Virus record (IMG/VR): IMGVR_UViG_3300027365_000031
Location: 1-37,348 of that record
Reading direction: 5' to 3' (one strand)
From: a virus
Taxonomy: Duplodnaviria; Caudoviricetes
DNA length: 37,348 bases
Part shown: piece after piece, positions 1-9,247 of the stretch
Numbering within the stretch: the first letter of the stretch is position 1
Layout: each line of letters starts with the position of its first letter
Position numbers and translations under genes: made by a program
The notes under the pieces: model-generated
Databases searched by the model: none
What the model saw: only the letters and a program-made list of their open reading frames with translations
Told to the model about the DNA's origin: nothing

Positions 1-149
1 CTACCTGGTCGGCCTGGCTGTCACGACAGCCCCGCGAGCCTCGGCACCGAGGCCCTGGAATTCAGCGCCAAGCACGGCACGCTGACCAGCCGCAAGCAGG
101 ACAAGGACAACCTCTTCACCGCTGCCGAGCCGGCCGAGCTCGAGTTCGA
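1..149 (+). repeat. Terminal direct repeat (circular assembly overlap), left copy
   Basis: Identical to 37199-37348 except one missing C (tcacgac vs tcaccgac). Confidence 0.97.
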
Positions 150-483
150 AGAGGTGGACGACACCCCATCGAAGGTCGCCGGCCTGTTCAAGAAGGTCAG
201 CGAGCTGCTGGGCAAGGGCAAACAGACCGAGGAGCAGTTCGGCGAGCTGGCCGAGACCCTCGAAGCCATCGCCAAGCATTCCGCCGATCAGGCCGAGGCG
301 CTCACTGCCGAGCAGACCGCCCGCAAGAGCCTGGAGACCAGCTTCGCCAAGCTGGAGACCGAGTTCGCCGATCTGATCAAGAAGCTGGAGCAAACCCCGG
401 CGCCAACTACCCCGAACAACCCGCAGTTCAGGCAGCGCCCGCCGGTTGCCGGCGGTGACGGCCGCATCGTCACCGACTGCTGA
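1..483 (+). CDS. gpO: Capsid scaffolding protein, C-terminal part (continues from 36834 across the circular junction)
   Basis: ...DSPASLGTEALEFSA...ELEFEEVDDTPSK...GGDGRIVTDC*; helical C-terminus ending TDC as in P2 gpO; directly upstream of major capsid. Confidence 0.92.
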   Translation, partial: LPGRPGCHDSPASLGTEALEFSAKHGTLTSRKQDKDNLFTAAEPAELEFEEVDDTPSKVAGLFKKVSELLGKGKQTEEQFGELAETLEAIAKHSADQAEALTAEQTARKSLETSFAKLETEFADLIKKLEQTPAPTTPNNPQFRQRPPVAGGDGRIVTDC

Positions 484-526
484 CACCCGAAACGGACAAG
501 CCCAGCCCCAGAACCCGGAGAGACCC

Positions 527-1534
527 ATGCGCAACGAAACTCGAGCCCTTTACAACGCCTACCTGCAGCAGCTTGCCCAGCTGCATGGCGTGTCCGACGT
601 CACCACCAAATTCACCGCTGAGCCCAGCGTGGCCCAGCGCCTCGAAACCCGCATTCAGGAGTCGAGCGAGTTCCTGACCCGCATCAACATGTATGGCGTG
701 CAGGAGCAGGCCGGCGAGTTGATCGGTCTCGGTGTGACGGGTCCGATTGCAAGCACCACCAACACCACCACGACTGACCGCACCACCCAGGACATGACTG
801 CCCTGGATGACCGGAGTTACCTGTGCACCCAGACCAACTTCGACACCCACATCACCTACGCCAAGCTGGACGCCTGGGCCAAGTTCCCGGACTTCCAGGC
901 CCGCATCCGCGACGCCATCCTCAAGCGTCAGGCGCTGGATCGCATCATGATCGGCTGGAACGGCACCTCGCGCGCCGCCACATCCAACCCAGCAACCAAC
1001 CCGTTGCGCCAGGATGTCAACGTCGGCTGGCTGGAAAAAATGCGGGTCGAGAACGCCTCTCGCGTCATGAGTGAGGTCGTGGCAGCCAGCGGCAAGATCC
1101 GCATCGGCGAGACCGGCGACTACGCCAACCTGGACGCGTTGGTCTTCGACTTGATCAACGAAATGATCGAGCCGTGGTACCAGGAAGATCCGGACCTCGT
1201 GGTCATCTGCGGCCGCCAACTGCTGGCCGACAAGTACTTCCCGCTGGTCAACCAGAAGCAAGCGCCTTCCGAGCAGTTGGCAGCTGACGTCGTCATGAGC
1301 CAGAAGCGCCTGGGTGGCGTGCCCGCGGTACGCGTGCCGTTCTTCCCAGCCACCGGGCTGATGGTTACCCGTCTCGACAACCTGTCGATCTACTGGCAGG
1401 AGGGCACTCGCCGCCGGCAGGTCGAGGACAACGCGAAGCGCGATCGCATCGAGAACTACGAGTCGGTCAACGACGCTTATGTGATCGAAGATCTGGGCTG
1501 CGCGACCCTGGCCGAGAACATCGAGTTCGTGTGA
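527..1534 (+). CDS. gpN: Major capsid protein, P2 family
   Basis: MRNETRALYNAYL...QESSEFLTRIN...LDAWAKFPDFQARIRDAI...ALDRIMIGWNG...RLDNLSIYWQ; GGAG upstream of ATG 527. Confidence 0.96.
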   Translation: MRNETRALYNAYLQQLAQLHGVSDVTTKFTAEPSVAQRLETRIQESSEFLTRINMYGVQEQAGELIGLGVTGPIASTTNTTTTDRTTQDMTALDDRSYLCTQTNFDTHITYAKLDAWAKFPDFQARIRDAILKRQALDRIMIGWNGTSRAATSNPATNPLRQDVNVGWLEKMRVENASRVMSEVVAASGKIRIGETGDYANLDALVFDLINEMIEPWYQEDPDLVVICGRQLLADKYFPLVNQKQAPSEQLAADVVMSQKRLGGVPAVRVPFFPATGLMVTRLDNLSIYWQEGTRRRQVEDNAKRDRIENYESVNDAYVIEDLGCATLAENIEFV

Positions 1535-1545
1535 GGAGCTGACCG

Positions 1546-2247
1546 ATGAGCCATGCCCGCAAGCGCTTTCAGACCATCTCCGCAGCGGTTGCCGCCGCTG
1601 CGGTAGCTGGCCCCGCCATGACAATGGACGGCGCCAACGCCTACGAACTGCAACTCGCCCAGCTGCACCAGGACCGCCTGCGCCTGAGCCAGATCCAGTC
1701 CACCGAGGGCAAGGTCGCGCTCAAGGCACAGCTGCTGCCGGCTTACGCCCCCTACGTGGACGGCGTGCTGGCCGCAGGGCGCGGTGCCCAGGACGAAGTG
1801 CTCACGACCCTGATGGTCTGGCGCCTGGACGCCGGGGACTACCTCGGCGCCCTCGCCATAGGCCGCTACGTGCTCGAGCACAACATGACCATGCCGGACC
1901 GCTTCGCACGGACCACCGGCTGCCTGTTAGCCGAAGAGATCGCCATCGCCGCGCTCAAGGCCCTCAAGGCCGGCGGAGAGTTCGACATCGGTGTGCTCGA
2001 GCAGACCGAGCAGCTCACCCGCGACCAGGACATGCCCGATGAAGCCCGCGCCAAGCTGCACCTGGCCATGGGCCGCGTGCTGGCCAAGGTGCCGGACGAA
2101 GCGCTGACCGCCGAACAGGCGGCCCAGCTGGGCGAGGCCCGCACGCACCTGGCCCGCGCCATCGAGCTGCACAGCAGCAGCGGCGGCAAGAAGGATCTGG
2201 AGCGCGTCGAGCGCCTCCTCAAGAAACACGCTGCCACCGGCAGCTAA
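1546..2247 (+). CDS. gpM: Terminase small (endonuclease) subunit
   Basis: RLSQIQSTEGKVALKAQLLP, QDEVLTTLMVWRLDAGD, DMPDEARAKLH, GKKDLERVER motifs of P2 gpM; position after capsid. Confidence 0.93.
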   Translation: MSHARKRFQTISAAVAAAAVAGPAMTMDGANAYELQLAQLHQDRLRLSQIQSTEGKVALKAQLLPAYAPYVDGVLAAGRGAQDEVLTTLMVWRLDAGDYLGALAIGRYVLEHNMTMPDRFARTTGCLLAEEIAIAALKALKAGGEFDIGVLEQTEQLTRDQDMPDEARAKLHLAMGRVLAKVPDEALTAEQAAQLGEARTHLARAIELHSSSGGKKDLERVERLLKKHAATGS

Positions 2248-2267
2248 CCGAGCGTCCCCACGCACCC

Positions 2268-2333
2268 CGGCGGCTCGGGGCTGATCAGCAGGTTTTCTCC
2301 TTGGCCTAGCTGTGAAAGCCCCGACCACCGCCG
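2268..2333 (+). other. Long intergenic stem-loop after gene M
   Basis: CGGCGG/CCGCCG, TCGGGGCT/AGCCCCGA and inner CAGC/GCTG pairings nest into one hairpin. Confidence 0.6.
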
Positions 2334-2348
2334 ATTCAGGATTCAGCA

Positions 2349-2642
2349 ATGAACGCATTCGCCAGTTACTACCAGGCCGAATTCCGGCCTACCGAGCAGG
2401 AAATCAGGCTGGACGGCCTGGCGGAGCGCTACATCGCGGAAACAGAGGCTTTCGACCGTCAGGTCTGTACCGGCCCGGTCGGCCGCGACGGCATCATGCC
2501 CGCGTCGCCGCGTGAACTAGCACTTAGCAGCCGCAATGCTTGGGAAGTGCTGGGTGACATCTGCCGCTCCAACCCGGACATTTCGCGCGCAGTTCTAACG
2601 CGGGCGATTGTGATTCGTGATCGTCGAGGCCCGCGACCATGA
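2349..2642 (+). CDS. Hypothetical protein inserted between M and L
   Basis: 97-aa ORF, AGGA upstream, stop overlaps L start (ATGA); more A/T-ending codons than neighbours. Confidence 0.65.
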   Translation: MNAFASYYQAEFRPTEQEIRLDGLAERYIAETEAFDRQVCTGPVGRDGIMPASPRELALSSRNAWEVLGDICRSNPDISRAVLTRAIVIRDRRGPRP

Positions 2643-3109
2643 GCGCCTTCATCGCCACCAACGCCACCGCAACCGCCGACCCGTTCCCCATCATCAACGA
2701 CGGCTGGTTCCCCGACCTGGACGGCGCCCACCTGCGCGCTGCCCTGCGCCTGGACGGCAGCGTGACCGATGCCCGCCTCGAGGTCGCCACCGTCAACGCC
2801 CTGATCGAAGTCAACCGCGAGCTGAGCCTCTACCGCCGCGCCCGCGAGGAAGAGGGCCACGCCAGCCTCGCCGCCGTGCCCGCTTCGCAGCTCCAGGGCG
2901 AGAGCTACCTCGTGCACCTCTACCGCCGCGCCATCGCCTGCAGCGCTGGAGCCGAGCTGGCCGAGCGCATGCGCGACTACAGCGCCACTGGCGACGGCGC
3001 CGAACGCGCCGATGCCCTGACCCCGACCGCCGACGAATACCGCCGCGACGCCCGCTGGGCCATCCGCAACATCCTCGGCATCGCTCACACCACCGTGGAG
3101 CTGATCTGA
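2639..3109 (+). CDS. gpL: Head completion/stabilization protein
   Basis: IINDGWFPDLD...LRLDGSVTDARL...YRRAI...DARWAIRNILG...TTVELI typical of P2 gpL. Confidence 0.93.
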   Translation: MSAFIATNATATADPFPIINDGWFPDLDGAHLRAALRLDGSVTDARLEVATVNALIEVNRELSLYRRAREEEGHASLAAVPASQLQGESYLVHLYRRAIACSAGAELAERMRDYSATGDGAERADALTPTADEYRRDARWAIRNILGIAHTTVELI

Positions 3110-3318
3110 TGGCCAGCCTGCGCGCCCAACAGGGCGACACCGTCGACGCCATCTGCTGGCGGCACTACGGGCGCACCGCCGGCGTGGTCGAGCAGGTGCT
3201 CGACGCCAACCCCGGCCTGGCCGACCTCGGCCCGGTTATCCCGCACGGCACCATGGTTGAGCTGCCCGAACAGGCCGTGCGCGCTGAACAACGCCAAGTG
3301 GTGAATTTGTGGGATTGA
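3109..3318 (+). CDS. gpX: Tail protein X (LysM-like)
   Basis: RAQQGDTVDAICWRHYGRTAGVVEQVLDANPGLADLGP...VNLWD. Confidence 0.93.
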   Translation: MASLRAQQGDTVDAICWRHYGRTAGVVEQVLDANPGLADLGPVIPHGTMVELPEQAVRAEQRQVVNLWD

Positions 3319-3321
3319 AGG

Positions 3322-3642
3322 ATGAAACGCATGCATGACCGTCCCGAAATGGCCTGGCTCGCCACGTGGCTCCAGGAGAATTACCCGATCCTGTATGCAG
3401 CAGGCCTGTCGGCTGCCATCGCCGGCTCGAGGCTGATGCTCGGCGGCGGCTCGCTGCGCCGCATCGCCATCGAGTCCGTCGTCTGCGGCCTGATCACCCT
3501 GGCTGCCAGCAACGGCCTGGCGCTGTTTGGCATTCCGCAGGAATACGCCCCGTTCTTCGGCGGCATCATCGGTCTGATCGGCGCTGAGGGCGTTCGCGCC
3601 GGTGCCAAGCGCCTGTTCGAGCGCAAGGTGGAAAGCGTATGA
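3322..3642 (+). CDS. Holin (lambda-type, about 3 transmembrane segments)
   Basis: 106 aa, hydrophobic segments, basic C-terminus, directly upstream of endolysin; two Met near start (MKRM). Confidence 0.85.
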   Translation: MKRMHDRPEMAWLATWLQENYPILYAAGLSAAIAGSRLMLGGGSLRRIAIESVVCGLITLAASNGLALFGIPQEYAPFFGGIIGLIGAEGVRAGAKRLFERKVESV

Positions 3643-4454
3643 GCGAACTCCTGGCTATCGGCTCGCGCGGCCTCGCCGTGCGCAACCTGCAGGCCTCACT
3701 CACGCTGGCCGGCTTTGCCGTAGCGGTCGACGGCGACTTCGGCGAGCAGACCGAGCGCGCCGTCGCTGCCTTCCAGCGGCGCGCCGGCCTGGTGGACGAT
3801 GGCGTCGCCGGGCCGAAAACCCTGGCCGCGCTCGCAGGGCGAGACACCTCCAAGCTCCTCAAGCGGCAGGACCTCCAGCAGGCCGCCGACCGCCTCGGCG
3901 TGCCGCTGGCCAGCGTCATGGCCGTCAACCAGGTGGAAAGCAGGGGAGAGGGCTTTGCCAGCAACGGCCGCCCGGTGATCCTGTTCGAGCGGCACGTGAT
4001 GTTCGAGCGGCTGCAGGCCAACGGCCTGAGCGAGGCCGAGGCCGATGCACTGGCCGCCAAGCATCCCGCCCTGGTCAACCGCCAGCCCGGCGGCTACATC
4101 GGCGGTACCGCCGAGCATCAGCGTCTCGCCCAGGCGCAGCAGATCCACGCCGCTGCCGCGCTCGAGTCCGCCAGCTGGGGTCTGTTCCAGATCATGGGCT
4201 ACCACTGGCAGCGCCTCGGCTACTTCGACGCCCAGCACTTCGCCGACACCATGGCGCTGTCCGAAGCCGCGCAGCTCGACGCGTTCGTGTCGTTCATCGA
4301 AACCGACACCGCGCTGCACAAGGCGCTCAAGGGCAGGAAGTGGGCCGAGTTCGCCCGCCGCTACAACGGCCCGAACTACGCCCGCAACTTCTACGACGTG
4401 AAGCTCGCCCGGGCCTATGCGCAGTTCGCCGGCGAGCAGGAGCGCGCGGCATGA
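3639..4454 (+). CDS. Endolysin: peptidoglycan-binding domain plus N-acetylmuramidase (DUF3380-like)
   Basis: VDGDFGEQTERAVAAFQ...DGVAGPKT (PG-binding); VESRGEGF, ILFERH, SASWGLFQIMG, FARRYNGP. Confidence 0.93.
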   Translation: MSELLAIGSRGLAVRNLQASLTLAGFAVAVDGDFGEQTERAVAAFQRRAGLVDDGVAGPKTLAALAGRDTSKLLKRQDLQQAADRLGVPLASVMAVNQVESRGEGFASNGRPVILFERHVMFERLQANGLSEAEADALAAKHPALVNRQPGGYIGGTAEHQRLAQAQQIHAAAALESASWGLFQIMGYHWQRLGYFDAQHFADTMALSEAAQLDAFVSFIETDTALHKALKGRKWAEFARRYNGPNYARNFYDVKLARAYAQFAGEQERAA

Positions 4455-4894
4455 CCATCGCCCGCCAGCTCCTCTACGGCCTCGCGCTGGTCGGCGCGCT
4501 CTGCCTGCTGATCTGGGTGCAGCAACAGCGCATTGACACCGCCCAGGCGCAGGCCGATCTCGCCAGCGAGCGCCTGCAAACCGCCCAACAGCGCAACGCC
4601 CGCCAGGCCGCCACCATCACCCGCCTAGCCGGCGAGGTAGCCACCCAGCGCCTGGACCAGCTCGCCCTGCAGCAGACGCTCAGCGACATGCGCCAGGCCC
4701 AGGCCACCGATCAGCTCAAGAAGAAGGAACGCCGCCGTGAAGACCCAACCCATGCGACTTGGGCTGCTCAGCCTCTGCCTGATGCTGCTCGCCGCCTGCA
4801 CCAACGTCCCGCCATCACCGGAGCCGCAGGTTACCGTCAGTGGCTGTCCGGTCGTGACGCGCTGCACGCTGGACCCGGCGGCGCCGGCCAGTAA
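4451..4894 (+). CDS. lysB: i-spanin (Rz-like)
   Basis: N-terminal TM segment (LLYGLALVGALCLLIWV), coiled-coil, WAAQPLPDAARRL; ATGA overlap with endolysin. Confidence 0.85.
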   Translation: MTIARQLLYGLALVGALCLLIWVQQQRIDTAQAQADLASERLQTAQQRNARQAATITRLAGEVATQRLDQLALQQTLSDMRQAQATDQLKKKERRREDPTHATWAAQPLPDAARRLHQRPAITGAAGYRQWLSGRDALHAGPGGAGQ

Positions 4895-5000
4895 CGGCGA
4901 ACTGAGCGACGACGGCGACTACCTCATGGCCGCTTGGGGCGAATGCGCCGCCAAGGTCGACCTGGTGGTGGACCACAACGCGCGCAGCACCCAGCCATGA
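4752..5000 (+). CDS. lysC: o-spanin lipoprotein (Rz1-like), overlapping lysB
   Basis: Lipobox LLAAC, Pro-rich, GCPVVTRCTL...WGECAAKVD as in P2 LysC. Confidence 0.87.
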   Translation: MRLGLLSLCLMLLAACTNVPPSPEPQVTVSGCPVVTRCTLDPAAPASNGELSDDGDYLMAAWGECAAKVDLVVDHNARSTQP

Positions 5001-5524
5001 ACAAGCCCGAATCCCTGCGCGCCCACCTGCTGGCGGCCATCCCCGAGCTCAAGCGCAACCCCGACCGTCTGCTGGTGTTCATCGACAACGGCAGCCTGCG
5101 CAGCACCGCCGCGCCCGGCCTGTCGTTCGAATACAGCTACACGCTCAACCTGATCCTCACGGATTTCGCCGGCCATCCGGATGCCGTCGCCATCCCGCTG
5201 TTCGCCTGGGTGCTGGTCAACCAGCGTGAGCTGATGGAGAACCAGGAGCGGGGCAGGGACGCCATCAAGTTCGAGGCCGACATCCTCGACAACAGCAAGG
5301 TGGACCTGTCCATCACCCTGCCGCTCACCGAGCGCGTAATCGTCAAGCGCATGGATGACGGCACCTTGCAGGTTGACCATCCGCAAGAGCCACAGCTCGA
5401 CGAGTTCTTCCCGGCTGGGCCGTGGCAATTGTTCGGCAACGGCGAACTGCTCGCTGAGTGGGAAAGCACCGTCGGCACCGGAACCGACATAGCCAGCCCG
5501 CAACCAAGCCGTAGCAATGGCTGA
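4997..5524 (+). CDS. gpR: Tail completion protein R
   Basis: MNKPESLRAHL...NPDRLLVFIDNG...SFEYSYTL...LPLTERVIV. Confidence 0.92.
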   Translation: MNKPESLRAHLLAAIPELKRNPDRLLVFIDNGSLRSTAAPGLSFEYSYTLNLILTDFAGHPDAVAIPLFAWVLVNQRELMENQERGRDAIKFEADILDNSKVDLSITLPLTERVIVKRMDDGTLQVDHPQEPQLDEFFPAGPWQLFGNGELLAEWESTVGTGTDIASPQPSRSNG

Positions 5525-5978
5525 CGATCTGCGCGCCCTCGAGGACTGGGCCGGCGCGCTGCTCGCCCAGCTGCAGCCGGCCGAGCGCCGCAAGGTCACC
5601 AGCACCATCGCCCGCGACCTGCGCCGCAGCCAGCAGCAGCGCATCGCCGCGCAGCGCAACGCCGACGGCACCCCCTTTGCCCCGCGCAAATCCCGGCAGG
5701 CGCTACGCGCCAAGGCCGGGCGAATCAAACGCAAGCGGCAGATGTTCACCAAGCTGCGCACCGCCCGTTACCTGCGCCTGCAGAGCGACGCCAGCACCAT
5801 CGCCATCGGCTTTGCCGGCCGCCTCTCGCGCATCGCCCGCATCCACCAGTACGGCCTGCGCGATCGCCCAGCCCCCGGCGCGCCGGATGTGCAGTACGCC
5901 CGCCGCGAGCTGCTCGGCTTCACCGACGCGGATCTCGAGCTGATCCGCGAGCGCCTGCTCGAGCACCTGGTGCGCTAA
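5517..5978 (+). CDS. gpS: Tail completion / virion morphogenesis protein S
   Basis: LRRSQQQRIAAQRNADGTPFAPRK...RIARIHQYGL...RELLGF. Confidence 0.92.
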   Translation: MADDLRALEDWAGALLAQLQPAERRKVTSTIARDLRRSQQQRIAAQRNADGTPFAPRKSRQALRAKAGRIKRKRQMFTKLRTARYLRLQSDASTIAIGFAGRLSRIARIHQYGLRDRPAPGAPDVQYARRELLGFTDADLELIRERLLEHLVR

Positions 5979-5981
5979 CCC

Positions 5982-6040
5982 TGTAACGCCCGCCGCTTCA
6001 CAGCCCCGCGAATGCGCCCCGCGCGCGCGAACGCCAGCAT
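5982..6040 (+). promoter_or_regulatory. Late promoter of V operon (Ogr-type activator box plus GCGCGCGCG element)
   Basis: TGTA-N11-TTCA (5982-6000) then GCGCGCGCG (6021-6029); same layout before FI and between P and O. Confidence 0.7.
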
Positions 6041-6046
6041 GGGGCC

Positions 6047-6580
6047 ATGAATATCACCGACCTCCTGCGCCGCCTCGAAAACCTGATCCGCCTCGGCACC
6101 ATCGCCGCGGTGGACCACGCGGCCGCACGCTGCACCGTCAGCACCGGCGGGCTCAGCGTGCCGAACCTGCCCTGGCTCGCCCTGCGCGCCGGCAGCAGTA
6201 GCGACTGGGACCCGCCCACGGTCGGCGAGCAGTGCATCCTCGTCGCGCCAAGCGGCGAACCGGCCCTGGGCGTTGCCCTGGTCGGGCTCTACTCACAGCA
6301 ACGTCCGGCGCCGTCGAACAGCGCCACCGTGCGCCGCCGGAAATACCCGGACGGGGCTGTGATCGATTACGACCACGCCAGCCATACCCTGAGCGCCACG
6401 CTACCCACCGGCGGCAAGGCCCAGCTCACCGCACCGGGCGGCGTCACCATCCTCGGCAACGTCGATATCACCGGCACCGTGACCGTCAGCGAAGACGTGC
6501 TGGCGGCCGGTATCAGCCTGGTCAATCACGTGCATGGCGGCGTTCAGGGCGGGCCGAGCAAAACGGGGGCGCCGCAATGA
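6047..6580 (+). CDS. gpV: Baseplate spike protein V
   Basis: LENLIRLGTI, WLALRAG, WDPPTVGEQ, C-terminal ISLVNHVHGGV (HxH iron site). Confidence 0.93.
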   Translation: MNITDLLRRLENLIRLGTIAAVDHAAARCTVSTGGLSVPNLPWLALRAGSSSDWDPPTVGEQCILVAPSGEPALGVALVGLYSQQRPAPSNSATVRRRKYPDGAVIDYDHASHTLSATLPTGGKAQLTAPGGVTILGNVDITGTVTVSEDVLAAGISLVNHVHGGVQGGPSKTGAPQ

Positions 6581-6921
6581 ACCGCACCACCGGCGCCCCG
6601 ATCGACACCATCGCTCACATTGCCCAGTCAGTGGCCGACATCCTTACCACGCCTATCGGCTCGCGTGTGATGCGCCGCGAATACGGCAGCCTGCTGCCCG
6701 ACCTGATTGACGCCCCCCTAAACGACGCCACCCGTCTGCAGGCCTACGCCGCCACCGCCATGGCCCTGATGCGCTGGGAGCCGCGCATCCGCCTGAGCCG
6801 TGTGCAGCTCGCCGGCGGCGCGCGGCCCGGCCAGGCCGTGCTGGATCTGGATGGCACGCGCACCGACACCAACGAAGCGCTGAGCCTGCGCGTTCCGCTG
6901 CAACTGGGAGCTGTCGCATGA
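6577..6921 (+). CDS. gpW: Baseplate wedge protein W (gp25-like)
   Basis: HIAQSVADILTTPIGSRVMRREYGS...RWEPRI. Confidence 0.93.
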   Translation: MNRTTGAPIDTIAHIAQSVADILTTPIGSRVMRREYGSLLPDLIDAPLNDATRLQAYAATAMALMRWEPRIRLSRVQLAGGARPGQAVLDLDGTRTDTNEALSLRVPLQLGAVA

Positions 6922-7775
6922 GCATCGACCTCTCGCTGCTGCCGCCGCCAGATATCATCGAGCCCCTGGACTTCGAGCAGATCCTCGCCGAGCGCAAGGC
7001 GCGCCTGGTCAGCTTCTTCCCGGAAAACGAGCAGGCCGCCATCGCTGCCCGCCTGGAGCTGGAGTCCGAGCCCCTCGTCAAACTGCTGCAGGAAAACGCC
7101 TACCGCGAACTGATCCTGCGCCAACGCATCAACGACGGCGCGCGCGCGGTCATGCTGGCATTTTCCGGCGGCGCTGACCTTGAGCACCTGCTCGCCCTGC
7201 TGGGCGCCGAGCGCCGGGAAGGCGAGGGCGACGACGAATACCGCCAGCGCGGCAAGCTTGCGCCGTTTGGCTTCAGCGTTGCCGGCCCCGTCAACGCCTA
7301 CCGCTACCACGCCCTGAGCGCTGACAGTGACGTCCTCGATGCCCGAGCCGATCAGCCGCAGCCCGGCGTTGTGCGCGTCACGGTGCTGTCGCGCACCCGG
7401 CAAACCGCAACCCCCGAGCTGCTGCAGCGAGTCGCCGACGCACTCAGCGCTGAAGACATTCGCCCGCTCAATGACACCATCCAGGTGCAAGCCGCGACCC
7501 TGCGACCCTGGGCAATCAATGCCCGCATCTACGTCGGCAGCGGCGCTGCGCCGGAACCACTGCTGGCTGCCGCGCAACAGGCCGCCGAGGCCTACGCCGC
7601 CGCCCAGCACGCCATCAATGCGCCGGTGCGCCTGTCCGGCATCTATGCCGCGCTGCATCAGCCTGGGGCGCTGCGCGTCGAGCTGCTTAGCCCGGCGGCT
7701 GACATTGAGCCCGAGGCGCAAGCCGCACCCATCTGCACGGCGGTCACGCTCGCGCTGGTGACCGGCCATGAGTGA
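6918..7775 (+). CDS. gpJ: Baseplate protein J
   Basis: IDLSLLPPPDIIEPLDFEQIL...ENAYRELILRQRIND...SVAGP...IRPLND. Confidence 0.93.
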   Translation: MSIDLSLLPPPDIIEPLDFEQILAERKARLVSFFPENEQAAIAARLELESEPLVKLLQENAYRELILRQRINDGARAVMLAFSGGADLEHLLALLGAERREGEGDDEYRQRGKLAPFGFSVAGPVNAYRYHALSADSDVLDARADQPQPGVVRVTVLSRTRQTATPELLQRVADALSAEDIRPLNDTIQVQAATLRPWAINARIYVGSGAAPEPLLAAAQQAAEAYAAAQHAINAPVRLSGIYAALHQPGALRVELLSPAADIEPEAQAAPICTAVTLALVTGHE

Positions 7776-8874
7776 TCTGCTGCCACCCAACAGCACCCAG
7801 CTGGAGCACGCGCAGGCCGCGTCATCTGATGTTGATCAGTTGCCGGTTGAGTTGCGCACGCTCTGGTCCGCCGAGCATTGCCCTGCCGCGTTCCTGCCGT
7901 ACCTAGCCTGGGCGCTGTCGGTCGATTTCTGGGACATGGCCACCACCGAGGCGCAGCAGCGCGCGCTGATTGCCGGCGCCATCGCCTGGCACCGCAAGCG
8001 CGGCACCCCTTGGGCCATCAAACAAGCCCTGGCCGCCATCGGCTATCCCGTTCTGGAGCTGGTCGAGCAGGCCGAATACCACCGCGAGTGGGTCGCCGCT
8101 GGCGGTCGTACCCTGGACGGCAGCTGGTCGCTCGACGCCAGCGCCACCCTATTGCCGCCTGAAGCGGGCGGCGCCGTGGTGCGCCGAACCGCCCTCAACC
8201 ATTGGGCCGAATACGCTATTCGGCTGAACGCCGTCGACGGCGCCTGGTCGCGAGAGCAGCAGGACCGTATCCGTCGCATTGCCGAGGCCTACGCCCCGGC
8301 GCGCAGCCGCCTGGTCGCCATCATCACCAGCCTGTCCACCCGTTTCGGGCGCCCGGTTCAGGTCACCAGCCTGCGGCAGCTCGTTCGCATCCGCCTCGCC
8401 AAATGCCAACGCGTGCAACCCCTGCAGCGCCGCACGCTCGACGGCTGCTGGTCGCTGGGCGGCGAGACCGCGCCGCAGCAACTGGACGCCACGCAGCAGC
8501 TCGACGGCAGCACCCGGCTGGACGGCCTTCGTCTGCTCGGCACTTGGTCGTGGGCAACGGGGCACGCCCGCATGGGTCAGCGCCTGCGCCTGCAGCTGCG
8601 CGCCACGGTCGGTACCGGCGCAGCCGCCGTGCCATTGCAGTTGGCGCCGCGCTTCCAGTCTCTGGACGGCAGCGCACGACTCGACTCGCTCACCCTGCAG
8701 GGCTGGCCGCTCGACCAGGGCATCGCCCTCGGTGACGCCGCCCTTGATCGCATCGCCCTTCACAAACTGGACGGCACCTGGCGCCTCGGCGCTCGGCCTG
8801 CCGCCACCCGCGTCCGCGCCCGTATCACCGCTCGCATCCGCCAGCACGGCCTCACTCAGCAGGTAGCCCTATGA
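7768..8874 (+). CDS. gpI: Tail protein I with long C-terminal extension of LDG(S)W-like repeats
   Basis: LLPPNST...CPAAFLPYLAWALSVDFWD...HRKRGT; 368 aa, longer than canonical gpI. Confidence 0.87.
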   Translation: MSDLLPPNSTQLEHAQAASSDVDQLPVELRTLWSAEHCPAAFLPYLAWALSVDFWDMATTEAQQRALIAGAIAWHRKRGTPWAIKQALAAIGYPVLELVEQAEYHREWVAAGGRTLDGSWSLDASATLLPPEAGGAVVRRTALNHWAEYAIRLNAVDGAWSREQQDRIRRIAEAYAPARSRLVAIITSLSTRFGRPVQVTSLRQLVRIRLAKCQRVQPLQRRTLDGCWSLGGETAPQQLDATQQLDGSTRLDGLRLLGTWSWATGHARMGQRLRLQLRATVGTGAAAVPLQLAPRFQSLDGSARLDSLTLQGWPLDQGIALGDAALDRIALHKLDGTWRLGARPAATRVRARITARIRQHGLTQQVAL

Positions 8875-9236
8875 CCGAAAGCGTCCCAATCCTGACCACT
8901 GTGGCGTACCGCAGCCATCTGGCGCTGACTGCCGCCACCGGTGGCGAGCTGTCGCCGATTGCCTTCCTGGCCTTCGGTACCGGCACGCGCGCGTACTCGC
9001 CAGACGCCGATACCGCCCTGCAGGCCGAGGTTGTGCGCCTGCCGGCAACAACCACTGCGGCGGGCCCGGAGGTCACCGCCTCGGCCACGCTGCCCGGCAG
9101 CGCCATCACCGGCCTGGCCATCACCGAGGTCGGCGCCTTCACCGCCTCCGGCGTGCTGGTCGCCCGCAAAACCATTGCCCCCATCGAGCTCGAGCCATAC
9201 GGCGAGATGGATTTCGACATCGTCTTCGAATACTGA
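8871..9236 (+). CDS. Small tail/baseplate-fibre adaptor protein (resembles N-terminal collar segment of P2-type fibres)
   Basis: LAFGTG...ALQAEV...ITEVGAFTASGVLVARK pattern; ATGA-coupled to gpI. Confidence 0.65.
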   Translation: MTESVPILTTVAYRSHLALTAATGGELSPIAFLAFGTGTRAYSPDADTALQAEVVRLPATTTAAGPEVTASATLPGSAITGLAITEVGAFTASGVLVARKTIAPIELEPYGEMDFDIVFEY

Positions 9237-9247
9237 GGAGTAACCCC

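Noticed and set aside
1-149. Biological terminal repeat, or frameshifted gpO pseudogene
   Set aside because: Overlap falls mid-gene and is read-length sized; a cos-like site exists elsewhere; the missing C near position 24 is most simply a contig-end error
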